NCBI GenBank assembly: GCA_039586365.1
Contig: JBDHKN010000026.1
Span: 24,725 to 88,724 of the forward strand
Origin: Gemmatimonadota bacterium
GTDB taxonomy: Bacteria; Gemmatimonadota; Gemmatimonadetes; Gemmatimonadales; GWC2-71-9
Length of the DNA: 64,000 nucleotides
Direction of reading: 5' to 3'
Shown: piece by piece, positions 18,287 to 27,846 of the stretch
How positions within the stretch are numbered: position 1 is the stretch's first letter
How the letters are laid out: every line of letters begins with the position of its first letter
Made by a program: the position numbers and the translations under genes
The notes under the pieces: generated by a model
Databases searched by the model: none
The model's input: only the letters and a program-made list of their open reading frames with translations
What the model was told of the DNA's origin: nothing

Positions 18287-20687
18287 TGCTCCTCCGACGG
18301 GCAAGAGGCGGCAGCACCAGACCCAGACAGACCAGCAGTACGCCTGCCAGAGTGACCGTCCTGCCCACGTGGTAGTCCCGGCTATCGAACCATAGCTCGA
18401 CGTCGCGCGCTCCTGCCGACACGGGAATCGTGAGCATCGAGACATTGCCGCGGATCACTTCAACAGGGACTCCGTCTACCGCTGCTTGCCAGTCCGGATA
18501 CCAGTTCTCGGCGATCACTAGATACGCCTCCTGATCAGCTGGCGGCTCGATCCGCAGCCTCATCCGGCCCGTTTCCCACGAGTCAAACGTCACCGAGTTG
18601 TCCAGCGCTTCGTAGACTCCCGAAAGCGGTGGGGGTTCGAGGTTGGCAGCGGGATCGAGCAGCACGAACAGGTCAGCCGAGAACCGCGGATCAATCACGG
18701 TGACGATGGCTTGATCGTCGGGCGCCTTCACGGCGGCCGGCAGCAAGCGAGCATAGCTGGCAGGCTCCCGTCGGCTATACAGGTCGACCGTTCCTCCGGC
18801 GGAGCTCGTGACTCCGCTCAGGGCCGGCTGGTACCGCTCCGCGAATCCGGCCAGTGCCTGCCCGATGTCAAACCCGCTCGGCACGATCACATGCTCGATA
18901 GCGTAAAGGTCCCACAGTGCAATGCTGCCTAAAACATTGCGCCACTGGTTCTTACCACCCATCAGCTCATCGAACCGATGAAGTTCCATTCCGTGGTGGC
19001 CCAGCAGCTGCGGAATATCGTGGGCCATCAGACTCGACCCCGGATAGTTGCCCCCGGTCTCTGCCAAGTTCAGGATCCTGTAGGGCTGAGGCGTGGCTTG
19101 AATCTGTCGGATAACCTCGTCCGGGGCATGTAGTTCGTGCTGCACTCGACTGAACACCCAAAAGTTTCGCGAGTTGCGCCACAGGTCCCCGCTCACGATC
19201 AGCGCCAGCCCGAGACTCACGACTGAAACAGCCCTCAGGTGCCCCCTCAGCCATGCCCACGCTAGCACCCCCAGGAGCAGCAGCGCGCCCCCACTGCCAA
19301 TCGCGCCCGCCATGATGGCAGATCCCGACCCGGCAGCTACGCCGGCCACCGCCATGCCGTACTCCTGCTCTATTCCCTGCGCCAAGAACGTGGCAATCCC
19401 ACCGAAGACACTGGCCAAGGCCAGGAGCACAACGAGTGCCCCGATGCCCAGCCAGGCAACCACGTGTCGATTCCCTTCCCTTCTCAGCAGCCGGTCGACC
19501 CCGAGCCCGGCGAACACGGCCATGATCAGAGCCACCACATAGAGCGCCATCCCGGGCGCCCGGGTTTGCTTCACGTAGGGCACGACAGCATACCAAAGAC
19601 GATAAAACGGGGTTGACGAACCGAGTGTAACGAGCAGAAAGAGGACCCCGATTCCACCGAGCCACAGCACCAACCTCTTCCGGTCACGAGTTGCCGCTCC
19701 CAACACGGCCAGGGCGACCAGCGGGAGACCCAGATACTCTGAATGCAGTTTCAGACCATTCGAGCCCCAATACGTCCGGCTCCCGCTGTCTCCCACAAAC
19801 CGGGATAGGAAGAACTCCGGTACATGCTCCCACGGAATTGCGAACGAGGTTGCGCCTTCAAAGCCGCGATAACTCTCCGCCCGCGGGGAATAGGGGATGT
19901 ATTGCCAGAACGGCCACAGCTGGATCGCGCTAATCAGGAATCCTACCACCACTGCGGCGAACGCCAGGCATATGTCCGCAATGCGACTCTGAATCGACCT
20001 ATCGCCAGACTCCCCGAACGTCAGGTAAAGGGTGAAAAAACCCGCCGCGATCAACATGTACTGGGTCATCTGCACTTGGGGGCTGAGCAGGGCTAGGCCC
20101 ACGGTCAGCGACAGCAGCGCATACCCCTCAAGCTTGCGTTCACGGATTGCCAGGAGCAACGCCAGCAACGCCAGGGGCAGCAAAGTGGTGACGTACAGCT
20201 TGCCGTCGTGCCCCGGCTGGACATATGAACCGATTACCCCAGCCAGTTGGTATCCCAGCCCTCCTACCACGGCCCCGGTCCACGAGATTCCCAGCCGCTT
20301 CAGCAGGAGGTACGCGAAGAAGCCGGCCAGCACGTAGTGCACGGCGAATCCCAGGTCCATTGCGAACGCGGTGGGTAGTAACAGCCGAATCCAGGCGGTA
20401 GGATAGAAGATGTCACCGTGGGATCCGGCGATGTAGGGAAGCCCACCGAAAATGTAGCCGTTCCACTGTGGGATGTGGCCCAGCGCTCGCCAGTGCTCAG
20501 CCTGCCAGTGCCTCCACACGTAACCAGTTGCGTATTGGTCGCTGAGCGGGCCGGCTAGTAGTTGCCCAGTCCACATCGGCAGCGAGAGAATCACGATCCA
20601 GAGCGTGCACAGCCCGAGCGCCGCCAGAGTGGGCCAGGGCGGCTCGAAGGACTGACCGTTCCCCGCATTGGTAGCAGTACTAGTCAC
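18279..20687 (-). CDS. YfhO-family GT-C multi-pass membrane glycosyltransferase
   Basis: IPQWNGYIFGGLP, FYP, many TM helices, C-terminal YLVIAENWYPDW.A.VDG plus final TM. Confidence 0.85.
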   Translation of the reverse strand: MTSTATNAGNGQSFEPPWPTLAALGLCTLWIVILSLPMWTGQLLAGPLSDQYATGYVWRHWQAEHWRALGHIPQWNGYIFGGLPYIAGSHGDIFYPTAWIRLLLPTAFAMDLGFAVHYVLAGFFAYLLLKRLGISWTGAVVGGLGYQLAGVIGSYVQPGHDGKLYVTTLLPLALLALLLAIRERKLEGYALLSLTVGLALLSPQVQMTQYMLIAAGFFTLYLTFGESGDRSIQSRIADICLAFAAVVVGFLISAIQLWPFWQYIPYSPRAESYRGFEGATSFAIPWEHVPEFFLSRFVGDSGSRTYWGSNGLKLHSEYLGLPLVALAVLGAATRDRKRLVLWLGGIGVLFLLVTLGSSTPFYRLWYAVVPYVKQTRAPGMALYVVALIMAVFAGLGVDRLLRREGNRHVVAWLGIGALVVLLALASVFGGIATFLAQGIEQEYGMAVAGVAAGSGSAIMAGAIGSGGALLLLGVLAWAWLRGHLRAVSVVSLGLALIVSGDLWRNSRNFWVFSRVQHELHAPDEVIRQIQATPQPYRILNLAETGGNYPGSSLMAHDIPQLLGHHGMELHRFDELMGGKNQWRNVLGSIALWDLYAIEHVIVPSGFDIGQALAGFAERYQPALSGVTSSAGGTVDLYSRREPASYARLLPAAVKAPDDQAIVTVIDPRFSADLFVLLDPAANLEPPPLSGVYEALDNSVTFDSWETGRMRLRIEPPADQEAYLVIAENWYPDWQAAVDGVPVEVIRGNVSMLTIPVSAGARDVELWFDSRDYHVGRTVTLAGVLLVCLGLVLPPLARRRSNA

Positions 20688-21649
20688 GGTACCTCATCAG
20701 GTGATGAGATGGACGATGCGACAGACGGTGATCTTCCGCAACCGAGCAGAAAGGGAGCTGCTGCCGCGAGTTCCGCAGCCGTCCACAACAACCTCGAGGC
20801 AATGGCCAATGCCGCTGCCAAACGGGCACCCACCAATCCTGTGAGCATCAGCACCATCACACCCTCACGGGCTCCCAACCCGGCAGGAGCCACGGCGACG
20901 AGGAACCCTACTATGTAGGCGCTACTGAAGATGCCAACCGCCTGCAGTAAACTCATTCCTGCACCAGGGGCCAGTCCTTCTGCCAATAGCAGGAACGCGA
21001 TGCCGTAGCCGACCCAGGCTACCAGATTCGCTCCTAAAGCGGCCAGCATTACGTGGGGTGGTACAATGCTAAGCTGGGGAATCCGGCTGGGAGAGAGCCT
21101 ATGGAGCCAGTTCAGAGCGGGCTGCCAGGTGAGTGAGAGAGCAGCGGTCACCGCGAGCGCGCCAACCATGAAAACGCCCAACATTCCTCCAACCCCGATC
21201 GTCTCCCTCAGGCCTGCACTGGCGGTGCCGGCAACCACGAGCACCCCACTGCTGAGAGCCAACGCCTGGAGCACTAGGGCTGCTGCCACGGCGGCAGCAG
21301 CCTGCACGCCGGCCTGGCGCGCCAGAGCCGCGGCGCCCACGACCGCCCAAACTTTCCCAGGTACGTACTTGCCTAGGCTGGCCAGTAGCCAAATGCGTGC
21401 TGCCCTTAGGAACGGCAGCGTCTCACCGTAGGCTACCACGACCCGTCGCCAGCCCTCTATGAGAACCGCAAATGATCCGAGCACCACCATGAGACTGCCA
21501 AGTACTGCCGGAACTGACAGATCGAAGTCCACTTGCTGCGCCCGCAGGTCCGACCAATTGGTCACCAGCGAGCGAACAGCCAGCACAACGACGACCACAG
21601 CGATCGTGGCCTGCAGGGCCCTCCAAGCGGTGCGCCGTACCACGGTCAT
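20684..21649 (-). CDS. Flippase-like membrane protein (LPG synthase TM/UPF0104 domain)
   Basis: SLGKYVPGKVW and PAGLGAREG motifs; ATGA overlap with upstream stop. Confidence 0.85.
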   Translation of the reverse strand: MTVVRRTAWRALQATIAVVVVVLAVRSLVTNWSDLRAQQVDFDLSVPAVLGSLMVVLGSFAVLIEGWRRVVVAYGETLPFLRAARIWLLASLGKYVPGKVWAVVGAAALARQAGVQAAAAVAAALVLQALALSSGVLVVAGTASAGLRETIGVGGMLGVFMVGALAVTAALSLTWQPALNWLHRLSPSRIPQLSIVPPHVMLAALGANLVAWVGYGIAFLLLAEGLAPGAGMSLLQAVGIFSSAYIVGFLVAVAPAGLGAREGVMVLMLTGLVGARLAAALAIASRLLWTAAELAAAAPFLLGCGRSPSVASSISSPDEVP

Positions 21650-23109
21650 GAGCGTTTGGCGGGCCACGACAGCTCGAGCACCGGTCGCCCAGCGCCATCC
21701 TCCAACACGAGCGGTGACCCATGTGCCGTGTCCGCCGAGAGCTCGAGTCGTCCGTCCTCCGATACCGTCGTGGCACATACGCTGCGCCGCGCGACCCTCC
21801 ACGAGACCAGCTCGGCGAGTGGCGCCGCAAAGGCACCTTGCGACATCACGTTGCGCACCATGTCACTCAGCGCTGCGAACGCGCCCGGGAATCCCAGCGG
21901 TGCCGTCAGGTTGGGGTGCCACAGGCCTACCCAAAGCCCCTCCTGAGCCCTGGCAGTATGCACCAGATCCAGCCCGTCCCGAGCCCAGGCCAGCGGATCC
22001 TCTTCCTTGGCGTACTTGCTGAGAGCGCGGTCCATCCAGGCGAGCGGTACCTCCTCCAGGGCGGCTGCCACACCGTATTGCGCATCCCAGCCGGGCACCG
22101 TGTCTGACAACCCCAAGCGAAAACCGTTGCGGTCCGAGAAGCCGTATGTGGCATCGTAGCTGAAACCGGCCGCCGTCATCAGTCTGTTGGTATGACCCGG
22201 CCGCATCCGCAGAAAGTGCTGGCGGATTCCGGTCACCGGCTGCCCCGTAACCTGCTCGAGCCGAGCCCGCTCCGCCGCCATGAGATCGCCATCGACCATG
22301 GTGGCGAAGCTCCCGTGCAAAGCCACCTCGTGATCGTGTCCCCTTAACAGTTCGATTATGCGGCGTGCGCGACGACTTTCCGGCCGATAGGTGACGTCGC
22401 CCTTGAGCAGAGTTGCCGCCGTGGGGACTCCCGCCATCACGAACCAAGTCGACCTCACTCCCAACTCGTGCTCGAGGGCCAGAATCCACCTTACGCCGGC
22501 CAACACCGGATCGCCTCTTACTGCCTTCATGGATTCTCGCAGCACCCCGGCCGCACCGGATACGTTGCCGCGAGCCAGCAGCTCCGTCAGCCGCAGTCCT
22601 GTGAACAAAGGCCACAGCGAGACGACGTCCACATCGTGCGTGAATCCGACGGCCCAGCGCTTACCGGCCGGCCACGGGGCCAGACAGCGAAACACCCTGC
22701 GACCCGCCGCCGCCTGGACCACCAACCGGAAGGCAGCCGCAACCAGTGAGACCACCGGGGTGCGTTCGAGGCCGGCCTGCACTAGGGGATTCTCGCTGGC
22801 CGGTACGCGGCCATGTTTGTCCCTTGCGGCGGAGGATTGCTCGGCCGCCGCCGTGGCCAAGTCGGCTGTGGTCTCGAGCAATGAACGCTGGACTGTAACG
22901 ATTGCATCGCGTTGACCAAACAACGAATCCGGGTTCCGCAGCTCGTCAGGCGCCAAGCCGCTGCGCTCGTCCGGCTCGATTTCCAGTCGGACCACGTCGG
23001 CGGTAGGGTCGTCCACGGGAAGGAGCCGGGAAAGATCGACCAGCAGGCCCAGCCCGAATCTCTGTTTGGGATCCAGGCGTTCGGTCACCGATCGCGCTAC
23101 GTGAATCAC
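21646..23109 (-). CDS. Polysaccharide deacetylase (CE4/NodB-like) family protein; start uncertain
   Basis: FTHDVD, STWF, EVALHGS, GIRQHFLR, YDAT.G, GFR.G, LWH. Confidence 0.8.
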   Translation of the reverse strand: MIHVARSVTERLDPKQRFGLGLLVDLSRLLPVDDPTADVVRLEIEPDERSGLAPDELRNPDSLFGQRDAIVTVQRSLLETTADLATAAAEQSSAARDKHGRVPASENPLVQAGLERTPVVSLVAAAFRLVVQAAAGRRVFRCLAPWPAGKRWAVGFTHDVDVVSLWPLFTGLRLTELLARGNVSGAAGVLRESMKAVRGDPVLAGVRWILALEHELGVRSTWFVMAGVPTAATLLKGDVTYRPESRRARRIIELLRGHDHEVALHGSFATMVDGDLMAAERARLEQVTGQPVTGIRQHFLRMRPGHTNRLMTAAGFSYDATYGFSDRNGFRLGLSDTVPGWDAQYGVAAALEEVPLAWMDRALSKYAKEEDPLAWARDGLDLVHTARAQEGLWVGLWHPNLTAPLGFPGAFAALSDMVRNVMSQGAFAAPLAELVSWRVARRSVCATTVSEDGRLELSADTAHGSPLVLEDGAGRPVLELSWPAKRS

Positions 23110-23512
23110 GACCAGCCGGTGCCACGTCCTTGTGCACCACGCTGTGGGCACCTACAACAGCACCGCGCCCCACCGTGACCCCGGGCAACACCGTGACGCC
23201 AACGCCGAGCCAAGCATCGGCTTCGATCACGATGCGGCCATGTTGGACCGGAGCGACTTGGCGGATCAACGAGTTGTTAGGATGCGAAGAGGTCACCAGT
23301 GTTACGTGTGGCGCAATGCTCACCCGATCACCGATCGCCAGATTCCCGCTGTCAGCGAGTTCCTCAACGACCAAGAAGTCGTCGGCTATGTAGACATCCC
23401 GCCCGATCTCGAACCCGCACCACCGCAGTAGCCGAACGCGCCAAGCTGGAAAGAATGCGTTTCGTGCCCAGCGTTTGAGCACCTTTTTTCGCAGCCGCCT
23501 CCAGAAGTGCAT
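22946..23512 (-). CDS. Hexapeptide-repeat O-acyltransferase with an abnormal C-terminus (possible frameshift or deletion near 23118)
   Basis: IGDRVSIAPHV, IEADAWLGVGVTVLPGVTVGRGAVVGAHSVVHKDV; family resemblance ends after KDVAP. Confidence 0.8.
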   Translation of the reverse strand: MHFWRRLRKKVLKRWARNAFFPAWRVRLLRWCGFEIGRDVYIADDFLVVEELADSGNLAIGDRVSIAPHVTLVTSSHPNNSLIRQVAPVQHGRIVIEADAWLGVGVTVLPGVTVGRGAVVGAHSVVHKDVAPAGRDSRSAIGDRTPGSQTEIRAGPAGRSFPAPSRGRPYRRRGPTGNRAGRAQRLGA

Positions 23513-23516
23513 TATT

Positions 23517-24563
23517 TCACCCCAGATAACGGTACAGCCAGCTCCCAAGGGCGGTAATCCGCCACGGTATGCGCGACCAAACCCGACCGCCAAGTGCCAG
23601 CAACCCCTGATCTCGTGCCGCGGTGTTCAATCCCGCAGCTCTCGGCCAATAATCATACGCCAGCGGAAGCGGCGCACCGCCCCAGCGGAGCTTGAACTGC
23701 ACCAGTCCTTGCTGCTCTGGCGCCGCCCTCCCCAGGTCGAACACGACACCCGCTTCCGCTGCCGTGCGCAACGCAAGCCACAAAACGGCGTGAACCGGCC
23801 GCAGCGACAGGTGCCTGCGCTCGGACGCACCGAATGCGTAGATCCACTCCCGCGTACCCTTCCAGATAACCACACCGGCGATCGCTCTCCCATCCACGCG
23901 ACGTGCCAGGTAGAGCTCGGCCAGTCCATCGCGCTGCAGTTGCCGGCAGGTTCGGATGAAGAACGCGCTGGGTGGAGCTGGCAAGCCCAACCGCGCCGAT
24001 GTCTGCTGCTGCAGCCGAGCCATGAGTCGCCAGGATTCCTCGGAATCCTCCTGCGAGGCGGCGACTCCCGACCGTTCTGCTTTGCGGATCCCTCTCCGTG
24101 TACTATCCGCGTGCAGCCGGTTCCAGACCGCGTCGGCTCCCCCCTCCGTAGCAACAACATATGTAGCATAGCGAACTGACCGTTCAAACCCGGCCAAGCA
24201 CGTCCCAGCTGTGTCGCGCCGCTTGATTTCCAGCCGCCGGATACCCCGCTCCAGCGCGATCTGTTGCGCCGCCACACACAGGCGCTCAATCGCGGTATCG
24301 CCGTCGGCGAGCGGACCTGCCGCGTAGCTGAACGGCAGGCTCACCAGTCGCCGCGGCCCTAAGAGACCCGGTACCTCGGCCAGCGGCAAGATCCCCAGAG
24401 TCACACCGTCGCTCAGCGCCGTGAGGCAGTGGACCCTGTACCCAAACTGAGCGGAGATCGCTTCGAGCCAACGTGGGTCGTGGTAGAACAGGCCGCGACC
24501 GGATACGAATGATCGCCAGGAGTCGGGCGGCGCTGAGTCCCTAGTGACGTTGAGCGAGGTCAC
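23517..24563 (-). CDS. FemAB-like GNAT protein; start uncertain
   Basis: FYHDPRWL, LVSLPF, RRGIRKA, FDLGR, GLVQFKLRWG. Confidence 0.85.
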   Translation of the reverse strand: MTSLNVTRDSAPPDSWRSFVSGRGLFYHDPRWLEAISAQFGYRVHCLTALSDGVTLGILPLAEVPGLLGPRRLVSLPFSYAAGPLADGDTAIERLCVAAQQIALERGIRRLEIKRRDTAGTCLAGFERSVRYATYVVATEGGADAVWNRLHADSTRRGIRKAERSGVAASQEDSEESWRLMARLQQQTSARLGLPAPPSAFFIRTCRQLQRDGLAELYLARRVDGRAIAGVVIWKGTREWIYAFGASERRHLSLRPVHAVLWLALRTAAEAGVVFDLGRAAPEQQGLVQFKLRWGGAPLPLAYDYWPRAAGLNTAARDQGLLALGGRVWSRIPWRITALGSWLYRYLG

Positions 24564-25725
24564 CGTAGAGTTCCAGGAAGACTGCCGCTGTTCGCTCCGG
24601 CGCGTGCAGCTCCCGCACTCGCTCACGACCGGTTGCTGTCAGCCTCAGTCTCAGGTCGTCGTCAGCCAGCAGCCGCTCCAATTGGTCGGCCAAGTCCAGC
24701 GGGTCATCCTCCTTGGTGAGCAGTCCGGTATGCTCGTGCTGGATCACCTCGGGGATACCACCTACCCTCGTGCCAACGACGGCACACCCAGCCAGCAAAG
24801 CCTCGACCAGAGTCAACCCGAGGCCCTCCGCCTTGGCCCGCGAGGGCAGCACAGTCACGCTGCTGCGGCCGTATTCGTCGGGCATCCTGCTCTGGTCCAC
24901 GAAATCAGACCACTCGACCATGTCAGTGATAGCGAGCCGACCGGCCAGGAGCTTGAGCGGGGCGGCCTCCGAACCCCGTCCAAGCACCCTGAGGCTGCAG
25001 GCCACCCCGCGCTGCTTGAGCACCGCGAGGGCCTCGAGCAACACGTCCACTCCCTTGCTCGCTACGAGATTCCCAGCGTACAGGATGCGCGGAGGAGCCA
25101 CCTTGTCGAGCTGGAGTCCTTGGCGGTATCGCTCCACGTCGATCGGCATTCTCGTTACCTGTACTGCAACCTTGTCCGCTCGGAGCAGTCGCTCCAGATC
25201 TCGCGCCAGGAAGTCGGATACGGCAGTCACCTTCCCTGCCTGGGCCAACACTCTCCGAGCCCGGGCGCGCAGGATCAGGGACCGCTCGATCAGTCGCACG
25301 TCGCTGCCGTGACTGGTCACCAGGTAGGGGCAACCGGTTTGAGACGCGATCCAGCCGCCGGGAATCCACCAGTGAGCGTGGACTACATTCGGCTGCCAGT
25401 CAGCGACCACCTGGGCCACTGCCCGGCGGAAGCCGCGCCAGAACAGTGGCAGCACCGCAACTCTCGCCGGGTGCAACAGGGCCGCCAAACTCACATCACC
25501 CACGAACGCCGCGCGTTCCCAGCGCTCGGAAGCGTAACGGAATCGCGTGACTTCCACACCGTTGTCGCACTCGCTCTCCTGGGTGGCAGGTGAGTGCGGT
25601 GCCACTACCTGCACGCCCCACCCCGCGTCCGCTACACTCCACGCCAACCTGGCTACGAACGCGCCCGCGGGATCGTCCCGGAACCTCGGGTAGTTGTGTG
25701 TGACGATGAGAACACGTCTGTTCAT
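24541..25725 (-). CDS. Glycosyltransferase family 4
   Basis: HAHWW, HGSD, KGVDVLL, EGLGLTLVEA, GGIPEVI. Confidence 0.93.
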   Translation of the reverse strand: MNRRVLIVTHNYPRFRDDPAGAFVARLAWSVADAGWGVQVVAPHSPATQESECDNGVEVTRFRYASERWERAAFVGDVSLAALLHPARVAVLPLFWRGFRRAVAQVVADWQPNVVHAHWWIPGGWIASQTGCPYLVTSHGSDVRLIERSLILRARARRVLAQAGKVTAVSDFLARDLERLLRADKVAVQVTRMPIDVERYRQGLQLDKVAPPRILYAGNLVASKGVDVLLEALAVLKQRGVACSLRVLGRGSEAAPLKLLAGRLAITDMVEWSDFVDQSRMPDEYGRSSVTVLPSRAKAEGLGLTLVEALLAGCAVVGTRVGGIPEVIQHEHTGLLTKEDDPLDLADQLERLLADDDLRLRLTATGRERVRELHAPERTAAVFLELYGDLAQRH

Positions 25726-26966
25726 CTTATTACGTGGACCCACCCGCTCTCATCAGCTACGAGCGCCGTCTGACCAAACAGGTCAAACGCAACCCGGCGG
25801 GGCTGCCCACCAGTGCTGATCGTCCTGCTCACTTGTCCCGACTCACGATCGATCACGAGCACCTGGCCCAGGCCTGGTACGGTCATGTAGAGCACTGCCC
25901 CACCCGGACTCTGCGCTAGTCCGAAGCCACCCAGCGCCCCGGAGGCAAACGACCGGACCGTGCCCGACGACAGCGTGACGACTTTGATGGGACCGGCTTC
26001 GTCAGCAACATAGAGTTCCGATCCGTCAGGCGACACCACCAAGCCCTGCGGGGTGGCCGTCGGCATCTCGAACACGCGCCGGCGCAGGTAGCCGGCGAAC
26101 TCCGTCACTGCGCTGCCCAGCGACGCACTCACGTAGAAACAGTCCTCCTCGTGGGGATGAAACACGATATCGTTGGGCGCCCCCTCCACTTGCATGACCG
26201 ACACCAATGAGTCAGCCGTCACGTCGATCCCCAACACCCAGTCATGACCGCTGGTCACCCACAGTTCCGTGCCCCCGGGATTCATGGTCACGATCAGCGG
26301 ATTGATGCCCAGCATGTAGCGACCGATCTCGACGTCTCGCCCCACGTCGACCACACTCACGCTCTGATCGAACTGATTGCTCACGTATGCAGTCGTGCCG
26401 GCATGATCGAACGTGACCGACGTGGGTACGCTTTGGACGGCGACGCCACCGGAGAGGGAGAGCGCAGGAAGATCAATGCGTGCTAGCTGCGCCGCGTCGA
26501 GCTGCGTTACGTAGGCAACTCCCTGCCAAGAGATCGCGATTCCAAAGGGTCGCGAATCCAGCGGCAGGCTAGTCGTCAATACGCCTTCCGGGTGAGTGAA
26601 GACCGCTACCGGAACCAGCACACTGGCCGAACCACTCGTTACCGTCAGGGAGGATGAGCCAATCCCCCCTGCCGACGAGACGGTTCCGGCGGAGGAAACC
26701 ACCACCAGGAACGGGTCGTTGGAACGAAACGCCGGCACCGCGTCAGCGATCACCGCGCTGTCCTCGTCAAGCACGGTGACCTCCAGTTGAACCCAGCCGG
26801 CCACCTCGAGGGGGACGCTGTCGGGACGGACAATTAGGTACGCCGCGTTCACCGCCGGATCGGTGGCGCCATCCCCACAAGCCAACGCAGCGAAAACGGA
26901 CAGAGCGGCTACCAGTGCCGCAGGGCAGTATGAGCCCGGAGGTGTCCTGCTATCCTTGGCGACCAT
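25722..26966 (-). CDS. Lipoprotein with Ig-like domain and YncE/YVTN-type beta-propeller
   Basis: Lipobox ALAC; propeller blades PFGIAIS..AYVT, AYVSNQ, VSPDGSELYVA. Confidence 0.8.
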   Translation of the reverse strand: MVAKDSRTPPGSYCPAALVAALSVFAALACGDGATDPAVNAAYLIVRPDSVPLEVAGWVQLEVTVLDEDSAVIADAVPAFRSNDPFLVVVSSAGTVSSAGGIGSSSLTVTSGSASVLVPVAVFTHPEGVLTTSLPLDSRPFGIAISWQGVAYVTQLDAAQLARIDLPALSLSGGVAVQSVPTSVTFDHAGTTAYVSNQFDQSVSVVDVGRDVEIGRYMLGINPLIVTMNPGGTELWVTSGHDWVLGIDVTADSLVSVMQVEGAPNDIVFHPHEEDCFYVSASLGSAVTEFAGYLRRRVFEMPTATPQGLVVSPDGSELYVADEAGPIKVVTLSSGTVRSFASGALGGFGLAQSPGGAVLYMTVPGLGQVLVIDRESGQVSRTISTGGQPRRVAFDLFGQTALVADESGWVHVIR

Positions 26967-27846
26967 TCCTCTCGACCAGGCGCTGGTCGACAGTCTGTGC
27001 GAGTCGCCGGATCTCTTCCCGCTGTCCCGCCAACAGCTCCCCTACGAAGCCGAATCCGAACAAGGCGACCACCAGAGCGACGACCCCGACCAGGAATCCG
27101 AGCAAGAACAGAGTGGCACCCAAGCCACCGAAGAACAGCAGCGGTTTGCGTCCAAAGCGGAGCTGAAACCAAACCGAAAGCAGGTCGAATACGCCAACCG
27201 GAATCCGCCCCAGGCCGAACTTCGACTCACCGGCACGGCGCGGATGCAGCGTCACCGGACGCTCGACCAAACGGAAACCCTCGGCGGTGGCAACCACGGC
27301 CATGTACCTGTGCCAGTCGGGACGCGACGGAATTGCGTCCATGACTTCGCGCCGGTAGGCTTTGACTGCGTTCAGGTCGGAAACTCGCACACCGAACATC
27401 CAGCGGCACAGCCGGTTGTACACCTGGGAGACGAACGCTTTCTCGTACTGCCCCTGTTTGGCGCCCGTCACCATGTCGGCGTCGCCGCGGCGGATCGGTT
27501 CCACCAACGCGGGGATCTCCGCGGGAAGGAACTGCAGATCGGCCGGGTAGAAGACCAGGATCCTTCCGCTGGCTACTTCTCCGCCCGACCTCAATGCCTC
27601 GGCTATGCCGCGTCGGGTCCGGTGCGTCACCGTTCTGACAAAACCATGTTCGGCGCGGATGCGGCGCAGCACCTCCGGCGTGTCGTCAGCGCTGCCATCG
27701 TCTACTACGACCACTTCGAACGAGAACTCAGCCGCACCGAGAGCCTCGCTGCACTGGCGGATGAATTCGGGTAGGTTCTCTGCCTCGTCCTTGGCTGGTA
27801 CCAGTACGCTGACTTCGACAGGTTCTGCTGTCTGCGTCAGCGTCAT
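26950..27846 (-). CDS. GT2 glycosyltransferase, ArnC/DPM-like with C-terminal TM region
   Basis: VPAKDE, VDDGSAD, ADLQF, HRY, R.AGESKFG. Confidence 0.9.
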   Translation of the reverse strand: MTLTQTAEPVEVSVLVPAKDEAENLPEFIRQCSEALGAAEFSFEVVVVDDGSADDTPEVLRRIRAEHGFVRTVTHRTRRGIAEALRSGGEVASGRILVFYPADLQFLPAEIPALVEPIRRGDADMVTGAKQGQYEKAFVSQVYNRLCRWMFGVRVSDLNAVKAYRREVMDAIPSRPDWHRYMAVVATAEGFRLVERPVTLHPRRAGESKFGLGRIPVGVFDLLSVWFQLRFGRKPLLFFGGLGATLFLLGFLVGVVALVVALFGFGFVGELLAGQREEIRRLAQTVDQRLVERNGRQG

